A stretch of 32,000 bases of DNA from Trichodesmium erythraeum IMS101 (GTDB lineage Bacteria > Cyanobacteriota > Cyanobacteriia > Cyanobacteriales > Microcoleaceae), in assembly GCF_000014265.1 (NCBI RefSeq), contig NC_008312.1, positions 5,130,001 through 5,162,000 of the forward strand. The letters are read 5' to 3'. A program made the position numbers and the translations under genes. Below, in pieces: positions 1 through 6,705 of this stretch; positions within the stretch are counted from its first letter, which is position 1; each line of letters starts with the position of its first letter. The notes beneath the pieces were generated by a model. That model had not been told where the DNA came from, did no database searches, and saw only the letters and a program-made list of their open reading frames with translations.

Positions 1-444
1 ATGAATAACTCCCAAATTATGAATATATTCCAACACTGGTAAAAGTTGCAGCAAAAACTTTATTACTTCTGCTTCCTGAAAAAGTTTGCCTTGAAGTTTC
101 CGGTTTTCTAACAAAGCACGATAAGTTTTACCTTTTATATAATCTTGTACTAAAAATAGATATCCTTCTGCATTTAACTTATAGCGAAACATTTCTCGGA
201 AACCAGGAATTTGGGGATGTCGTAACTTGTATAGTACACCTGCCTCCCGTTCAAATAGTTCCTGGGATTTTTGCAAGGCGTAGCTACCGTGAACTTGGGG
301 GGCAAATTCTTTAAGTACACAGAGTTCCTGGAAACGGTGGTTATCTTCTGCGAGGTAAGTACGTCCAAAACCACCATGTCCTAATTGTTTGATAATTTTA
401 TAGCGGTCAGTGAGTATTAGACCAGGATATATAGGGTTATTCAT
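1..444 (-). CDS. Ser/Thr protein kinase, N-terminal part (gene continues past the left edge)
   Basis: The ORF runs off the window, so it is absent from the ORF track. The reverse complement from ATG (444-442) is open to base 1. It reads MNNPIYPGLILTDRYKIIKQLGHGGFGRTYLAEDNHRFQELCVLKEFAP...FEREAGVLYKLRHPQIPGF...LEYIHNLGVIH. It shows the Hanks-kinase glycine loop (GHGGFG), the invariant Lys context (CVLKEF) and the helix-C Glu, and it ends just before the catalytic loop. Confidence 0.85.
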   Translation of the reverse strand, partial: MNNPIYPGLILTDRYKIIKQLGHGGFGRTYLAEDNHRFQELCVLKEFAPQVHGSYALQKSQELFEREAGVLYKLRHPQIPGFREMFRYKLNAEGYLFLVQDYIKGKTYRALLENRKLQGKLFQEAEVIKFLLQLLPVLEYIHNLGVIH

Positions 445-486
445 AAAAACAATTGGTAATTTCAGCCTAAATTAAGTTCTATTTAT

Positions 487-604
487 AGGACTTGCGCAAA
501 AAAAAACATAGTAGTTTCTGTTATTACTAGGGGCAGCCTTTGCGGAGCAGTCCATCAGGATAGTAATTTCAAGCTAATATTTTCGTGGTGGATGGGTAAG
601 TCCT
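487..604. repeat. Short element bounded by an imperfect inverted repeat AGGACTTGC / GTAAGTCCT (ACTTRCGCAAA-type dispersed motif)
   Basis: aggacttgc at 487-495 and gtaagtcct at 596-604 match 8/9 as an inverted repeat. The same ACTTACGCAAAG-type motif recurs at 24452 (+) and about 29961 (-). Confidence 0.3.
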
Positions 605-625
605 GATTTATTAGATTCGGCCATT

Positions 626-654
626 TTAGTTATCCGTTATCAATTATCAGTACC
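626..654. repeat. Heptamer STRR-like tract (ttagtta tccgtta tcaatta tcagtac)
   Basis: Read directly. A near-identical tract occurs at 1726-1749 and a longer array at 28883-28946. Confidence 0.7.
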
Positions 655-1499
655 TCCAGAATTGAAAATGTAAACTTCAAGAAGAAAAAACCGGAAAAAT
701 TTAGCAAAAAGCAACATTTGAATTATTTTAATAACTATAGATTTTACTTAATTTATTCTATATCTAGAATAATTAATGATGTTACTGTGATAGTGATTTT
801 AGCTAATTACCTTAACTTCATTTTTGAGGAAGTAGGTAGAGACTTTGTATATAATATCCCTACAGATTAGTAATTTGGGAAATAGGAAGTAAAAAAAAAG
901 AAAAAAACTATACTTTAGTCATAATAGATTAGACAAAATTAATTACACAAAATTAATTTTTAACCCCCATCCAGCCTAGATATTATAATTTATAATTAAG
1001 CAAATAACTTTGTCTAATTACTGAGAAAAGCTAGCCCAGATAATTTTTCACTATAGTCGTACTTAAGTTGATACTTTTGTGTTAGTTTAGAGACCTCCTT
1101 TAATATGATTGTAAATGGATATTATCTAATTACTGCTGCTTTACCTTGAGTTAGTAATAATCTTAATTTAACAGATAAATTTTGTCATATTAAATGAAAT
1201 TTTTCACAATAATTATTGTTAGTATCTATAAAAAAATAAGCTTATTTTAATGTTTTAAAAAAAACTTATTTCTAGGATAATAGTCACATTTATAATATTA
1301 AAAATATTGTCAATATAGGCACAATTTCAATCTCAAAATAGAATATTTAATAGCTAAAGATAGAGCTACAAAGTCATAAAGAAGTTGTAAGCATATTGAT
1401 TTTTAACGTAGCCATTAAAAAGCTCAGGCTGGTTCTAAACTTGCAAATAGTAGCTTTAAAACCCCACCCTATACCCTTATATCAGCTTGGACTTTGACA

Positions 1500-1925
1500 G
1501 TATTTTCATCTCCTTTTTGGGCTAATTTATTCTGAATTTTACTTGTATACTTAGTCAGTATCAAGTTTCCGATTTCTGAAAATTACTATAGGCACTAGTA
1601 AATTAGGGGATTTAAATAATCCAAGAATTACAATGAAAATAATTACTCCTATAGACATTTTGCTAGAAATACCAGAAAACTTATTGATAATTTATTTGAA
1701 CATTTTTTTCTTCAGTAGACTTATTTTAGTTATCAATTGTCAGTACGCCCTATTAAAGTTTATTCTTTTCATTTTCTGAAAATGGGATAATTGAGACCTA
1801 ACTAATTTCAGAAAAATCTACTTTGCCTTTAAAAGCCATTTCCATTCCTCATAATTTCAGTTTCTCATTGAGAGTTATTTTATATTCAGTTTTCAATTTT
1901 GGCAAATCTAAATTAACTTCATATC
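1500..1925 (-). pseudogene. Shuffled fragments of a second serpin copy (mid-domain fragment fused to an N-terminal leader remnant)
   Basis: The reverse complement of 1801-1920 reads EVNLDLPKLKTEYKITLNEKLKL*GMEMAFKGKVDFSEIS. This is paralogous to INLGLPKLKNEYKVTFNNALKSLGMKIAFDEIAADFSGM of the neighbouring copy, with a stop where that copy has Ser. DNA at 1621-1665 (ccaagaattacaatgaaaataattactcctatagacattttg) parallels 3196-3240 (ccccaataattacaattaaagcaattatccctaaagacattttg), which is the hydrophobic leader of the other copy. Confidence 0.5.
1726..1749. repeat. Heptamer STRR-like tract (ttagtta tcaattg tcagtac gcc)
   Basis: Near-duplicate of 626-654. Confidence 0.6.
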
Positions 1926-1961
1926 CCTACCTTGATTTTCTATTCCCTTTTCCCTTTTTGA

Positions 1962-3280
1962 TTAAATTTTGGGATTTGTAATTTCTCCCATAAACAAAAT
2001 AGTTCCAGAATCATTATCTCTCATCGCAAAAAAGAAGGGGCGACTAATTAACATATCGACAGCTTGTACTGTAGGGCCAGAAGTTAACATTGGTTCAACA
2101 CCGGTAACTGCTGCTGCTTCTGTTCCTGTTTCATTCACTTCAACAAATGTTTTATCTTTAACTTTACTGATATATAAATTTGGTGGAATGGGGCGCATAC
2201 CAGAAAAATCTGCTGCAATTTCATCAAAAGCTATTTTCATTCCCAAAGATTTCAATGCATTATTGAAAGTAACTTTATATTCATTTTTCAATTTTGGCAA
2301 ACCTAAATTAATTTAGTCATACTTAAACTTTAGCATCCAATTTTTCTAGTTTTCTTCATTCAGAAATTGATAAAATTACTCTAAACCTACTTGTTCCCTG
2401 GGAAGAAATATATACATACTAACCAGACCTTTTTTATAGGACACACTCACTTCCTAAAAACCTTCATTTTCGTAATATAAATGTCTTGATAATTGGAACA
2501 TAATTGGATTTTTTTTGACTTCCATTTTGCAGATAAAACGGTAATTATTTAGTATAATTTTCTGCAAAACTTTTATTACAATTACCCTTAAAATAAATCA
2601 CATTTAACAAAATCATGACCGCATTAGTATCTATTTTTTCAAACAATTTATCAATTTTTTATTTGGTATAATCCTTAACCCAATCATTAATAATTTTTAG
2701 TGTTTGAAGATAATTAAAATGAATAAAATTGACTTGACTCTTATAAAAAAAATTGATTATTGTCTAAAAAACTTGAAGAGAAATATATTCCTTTTTTTTT
2801 CTCATATTGAGTTAGCAATATCTAATTCAATATCTGTATTTAAACTTTTTAATAAAATGCCTAAGTCTTTGTTTGCCTGATTAATTTCCTCTAAACTCAT
2901 TCTCTCAAAATTTAGAGTTTTAGCCATCACTTCTTGAGTTTTACCACTAGCGCCATTGTAAGTCATTGATAGAGCGATCGCTATACTACTCAGCGATATC
3001 AAGATATTTTCATTTAAGCCTGATTTCTGAATTTTTCAAAATAGCTGAAAAGCAAATTTATTATTAACAGAAACTAATTTCTTAATCATGTCCATAGATC
3101 CCCTTTGAACTAACTTATTCTGCATATAACTAGTTTGATTATCGGTATAATTATTTTATTTTTTAACTTAATAACAGCTCCTGGTAAATAATAGACCCCA
3201 ATAATTACAATTAAAGCAATTATCCCTAAAGACATTTTGACAAAAATAGAATAACATTTATTTATAAGTTCTCTTAACAT
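1962..3280 (-). pseudogene. Serpin (serine protease inhibitor) pseudogene, full length but with several frameshifts and in-frame stops
   Basis: The C-terminal 112 aa are intact (ORF 1962-2300): hinge and reactive-centre loop GTEAAAVTGVEPMLTSGPTVQAVDMLISRPFFFAMRDNDSGTILFMGEITNP. The N-terminal part reads MDMIKKLVSVNNKFAFQLF*KIQKSGLNENILISLSSIAIALSMTYNGASGKTQEVMAKTL, with TGA at 3036-3038. The middle is recognisable only across frames and stops: IINDWVKDYTK*KIDKLFEKIDTNAVMILLNVIYFKGNCNKSFAENYTK* and YYENEGF*EVSVSYKKGLVSMYIFLPREQVGLE*FYQFLNEEN*KNWMLKFKYD*INLGLPKLKNEYK. A hydrophobic leader ORF (ATG 3280 or 3235) lies in another frame. Confidence 0.75.
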
Positions 3281-3311
3281 TTTATTACCTTAGTGGAGTC
3301 AATAAATAACA

Positions 3312-3779
3312 ATGACAATTGATTTAATTTTCAACAGTGCTAATTTCTTTGTATTACCATTCTGGGCATTAATTATATTTTTGCCTAACTGGAAAGTAAC
3401 TCGTAAAATCATGGAATCTTTTATTCCTTTTATATTATTAGTAGTCGTTTATCTTTATCTACTTATTAGTAGCCTTACCCCTGAATCTGCAGCAGCTTTA
3501 TCCAATCCTACTTTGTCAGATATTGCTAAATTCTTTGGAGAAGAATCAGCCGCAGCAACAGGATGGGTTCATTTTTTAGTTATGGATTTATTTGTTGGTC
3601 GTTGGATTTATTGGGAAGGACAACGTACAGGTGTTTGGACTTTCCACTCAATAATTCTTTGTTTGTTTGCCGGACCTTTCGGCTTATTATCTCATATTTT
3701 AACATCTTGGATAAGTACAAAATTTTTCAAAAATTCTCAGGAAAATACAACTTCAAAACCCACTGTAGAAGGTGTATAA
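3312..3779 (+). CDS. ABA4-like (DUF4281) membrane protein
   Basis: 155-aa ORF with an ATG start and multiple hydrophobic helices. It carries the characteristic block ATGWVHFLVMDLFVGRWIYWEGQ...LCLFAGPFGLLSH. Confidence 0.7.
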   Translation: MTIDLIFNSANFFVLPFWALIIFLPNWKVTRKIMESFIPFILLVVVYLYLLISSLTPESAAALSNPTLSDIAKFFGEESAAATGWVHFLVMDLFVGRWIYWEGQRTGVWTFHSIILCLFAGPFGLLSHILTSWISTKFFKNSQENTTSKPTVEGV

Positions 3780-4665
3780 ATTAAGATAGTTAAATTATTA
3801 ATCTCATGTTTTCATGTTTTTATTAATACTTAGTATTTTATCATATAATACTAAGTAAGTAAGTTTAATTATGTATCTAATAACAATGGAGATAAAAAAT
3901 GGTGATAACTTATTGATAAATTGCTTATAGGTTATTTTTCACCCTTGCTTTTAATCTTTATTTATACCTACCTAGTTAATATTGTAATCATTCAATATTG
4001 TGGTAGGTAAAATTTATTAATTAGGTAAAAGGCTATATAAAAAAAATTACAAATTACTATAATTAAGTAGTTTATTGGTAAATTTTTCTGTCAGTAAAAA
4101 AAAACTTATTATTAACTTGAGTTTCTTTGTTTTTCTCTCCTACTTATTGTTCCTATCTGAACATTCAGCTATCTCCCATTCAGCACCCAACTTGTCGTAA
4201 AATTTTAGGCAAACAACTTTTGAATAAATTCAAGCAAGTACTAAAGTTAGATGATGACTAATTTATTTCCTCTCGAATACTAAAAAAAAGAAATTTTAAT
4301 TCTTCTTGAAGACTAATTCATTCTTCAGTTTAATCAGTGAGTAGACATGAAAAATGTTAAATATATCAAGATTTATATACTAATTCTAAGTTTCTCCCAA
4401 AAATTGAGTAAATAATTTATTTAATTTTGTTATATAGGGAAAAGTTGTCATACTAACTTACTTAATGAGCTAATAACTAACAGTCAAATCTTTATCCTGG
4501 TAATTAGTATTTTTTTTCACTAGAAAATTAGATCTTAAACATCCCTTGTAAAGGGCATAAAAAATAACTCTTAATATTGTTATACTCAAATTTCAAAAAT
4601 TACTAAAAATTGATATATAATAACTAATAAATAATAACTAGTAACTGATAGATAGAGGTAAAATT

Positions 4666-6087
4666 ATGGCAGTTAAATATGATATTGTCATTATTGGTGG
4701 TGGTTCTGCTGGCTTAGTAGTAGCTTCTGCTGCAGCTCAATTAAAAGCTAAAGTAGCATTAGTAGAAAGGGATAAATTAGGAGGTGATTGTTTATGGTTT
4801 GGTTGTGTTCCTAGTAAGTCTTTAATTCATGCTTCTCGTGTTGCTTATCAAGTAAAAAATGCTGCTAGATTTGGCATTTATACCCAGCCTCCAGAAATTG
4901 AATTTGCTAAAGTAACTAGTCATGTTCAACAAGTAATAGCTAATATTCAACCCCATGATTCACCAGAAAGATTTCGAGGTTTGGGTGTTGAAGTTATTTT
5001 TGGGGAAGGTGAATTTATAGATCAAAAAACTTTTGAAGTTAATGGTCAAAAATTAACAGCAAGAGCTTTTGTTATTTCCACAGGTTCTCGACCTGCAATT
5101 CCATCTTTTGAAGGATTAAATTCTGCTGATTTTTTAACAAATGAAAAAGTATTTGATCTAAAACAACGACCAAATAATTTAGCAATAATTGGTGCCGGCC
5201 CAATAGGTTGTGAGTTGGGTCAAGCTTTTTCTCGTCTTGGTAGTAATGTGACTATTATCTCTAGTAAAAGTCATATTTTACCGAAGGAAGAACCCGAAGC
5301 GGCTCTAGTTGTACAGAAACAATTTGAGTCGGAAGGGATTAATATTTTAAAGGAAGTTAGAGCAGAAAAAGTGGAAGTTGTGGATGGGAAAAAGCAAGTA
5401 ACTGCGGGTGGAAAAAATATTATAGTTGATGAAATTTTATTTGCTGGTGGTAGGTTGCCTAATGTAGAATCTTTGAATTTAGAAGTTGCTGGTGTAGAAG
5501 TAGGAAAGCAAGGAATTATTGTTAATGAAAAGTTGCAAACTACTAATTCTAAAATTTATGCTTGTGGAGATGTAATTGGCGGTTATCAGTTTACTCATGT
5601 GGCTGGTTATGAAGCGGTTGTTGCTTTAACAAATGCGTTATTTTTTCCTATTAGTAAAGTTAATTATCGGGTTATTCCTTGGGCAACTTTTACTGACCCA
5701 GAGTTGGCAAGGGTAGGGTTAACAGAACAGCAGGCAAAAGAACGTTATGGAGATGATGTTTGTGTATTGAAGCAACCTTTTTCTGGTGTAGACCGCGCCC
5801 AAGCTGAGGCAGCTACAAATGGATTTTGTAAGATTATTACTAAAGGTAATGGGGAAATTTTAGGAGCACATTTAGTTGGTATTTCTGCTGGTGAGTTAAT
5901 CCATGAAATTGTTTTAGCAATGTCGAATAATTTGCCGGTTTCTGCTTTGACTGGGATTCATGTTTATCCGACTTTATCTGAGGTGAATAGTAAGGCAGGT
6001 TTATTGTTGAAAAAGCAGAAATATGCCAAGAATTTATCCCAGCAAAATTTGTTAGAGCAGTTCTTTAATTGGAGGCGTTCTTTTTAA
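4666..6087 (+). CDS. Class-I pyridine nucleotide-disulfide oxidoreductase (Lpd / glutathione-reductase / MerA-like), FAD-dependent
   Basis: N-terminal FAD fold IVIIGGGSAGLVVA, redox-active disulfide GGDCLWFGCVPSK, NAD(P) fold LAIIGAGPIGCELG, and C-terminal interface His-Glu pair HVYPTLSE. There is no C-terminal Cys pair, so I do not call it mercuric reductase. Confidence 0.85.
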   Translation: MAVKYDIVIIGGGSAGLVVASAAAQLKAKVALVERDKLGGDCLWFGCVPSKSLIHASRVAYQVKNAARFGIYTQPPEIEFAKVTSHVQQVIANIQPHDSPERFRGLGVEVIFGEGEFIDQKTFEVNGQKLTARAFVISTGSRPAIPSFEGLNSADFLTNEKVFDLKQRPNNLAIIGAGPIGCELGQAFSRLGSNVTIISSKSHILPKEEPEAALVVQKQFESEGINILKEVRAEKVEVVDGKKQVTAGGKNIIVDEILFAGGRLPNVESLNLEVAGVEVGKQGIIVNEKLQTTNSKIYACGDVIGGYQFTHVAGYEAVVALTNALFFPISKVNYRVIPWATFTDPELARVGLTEQQAKERYGDDVCVLKQPFSGVDRAQAEAATNGFCKIITKGNGEILGAHLVGISAGELIHEIVLAMSNNLPVSALTGIHVYPTLSEVNSKAGLLLKKQKYAKNLSQQNLLEQFFNWRRSF

Positions 6088-6165
6088 AGTTTATAATTTT
6101 TAGGGCGGCAAATAATATTTTTTTATCTTGATATTCTATCCTAGAAAATTTGCCTAATTATTCTC

Positions 6166-6211
6166 TTGTTAAGATTTTTTTTTGTTAATAAAATATAGTG
6201 CTACTAGCACT
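6166..6211 (+). promoter_or_regulatory. Candidate sigma70-type promoter (TTGTTA-17 nt-TAAAAT) abutting a perfect palindrome AGTGCTA-N-TAGCACT
   Basis: -35 at 6166-6171, -10 at 6189-6194, palindrome at 6197-6211, about 155 bp upstream of ATG 6368. In AT-rich DNA such hexamers arise easily by chance. Confidence 0.25.
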
Positions 6212-6367
6212 GTACTTGAGTGAAATTCTGAAGTATCATCAATTTCTATGGCAAATATATAACTTCTCTCTTTTCTCAAATTTTATGAAAAGAAAGATGT
6301 TGATAAAGCCTAACCTTAAAGGGTGAGGTATAATTATAGTCAAACACAAAAATAAGGTAGTTGAACA

Positions 6368-6703
6368 ATGCTCAAAATAGCTATTGATGGGTTAGATGCT
6401 GTCCAAGCTACTAAAGAAATTCTAGCCATTGAAGGTATAGAAGGTAGCTATAAAATAGATGGAGATGGCTATGAAAAAGGTGATACTTTAGCAACGATTC
6501 TGACAATAGTTGGAATTGGTTCAGGAACTTCTATCATTATTAATAATACTCTAAGCATTGCAGAGAAGATTTTTCAGTGTTACAAAAAACATGAGAAAAA
6601 ACTAGAGAAGGTCGAAATTGTGTCTGGAGAAAAGCGAGTTGTACTTCAAGGTGCAACTGTAGAACAAATTAAAGATATTTTGGAAAGTTTCGAAGGAAAA
6701 TAA
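6368..6703 (+). CDS. Small (111 aa) hypothetical protein, translationally coupled partner of the CHAT-NTPase-GUN4 gene
   Basis: ATG start preceded by aaggtag. Its stop TAA (6701-6703) lies 2 nt before the next ATG (6706). It has a central hydrophobic stretch LATILTIVGIGSGTSIIINNTL between charged N- and C-terminal parts. I recognise no family. Confidence 0.6.
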   Translation: MLKIAIDGLDAVQATKEILAIEGIEGSYKIDGDGYEKGDTLATILTIVGIGSGTSIIINNTLSIAEKIFQCYKKHEKKLEKVEIVSGEKRVVLQGATVEQIKDILESFEGK

Positions 6704-6705
6704 TT

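Noticed and set aside
174-377. 67-aa minus-strand track ORF
   Set aside because: It lies out of frame inside the Ser/Thr kinase coding region (1-444, minus), and the kinase frame has clear motifs.
1969-2316. 115-aa + strand track ORF
   Set aside because: It is antisense to the intact serpin C-terminal segment. It has no motifs and is open only because it mirrors the coding frame.
3563-3784. 73-aa + strand ORF overlapping the ABA4-like gene
   Set aside because: It is an alternative frame of a gene whose main frame carries the family motif.
4666-6087. Calling the oxidoreductase mercuric reductase (merA) or lipoamide dehydrogenase specifically
   Set aside because: It has no C-terminal Cys pair or N-terminal metal-binding domain for MerA, and no neighbouring 2-oxoacid dehydrogenase genes. 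Only the superfamily is supported.
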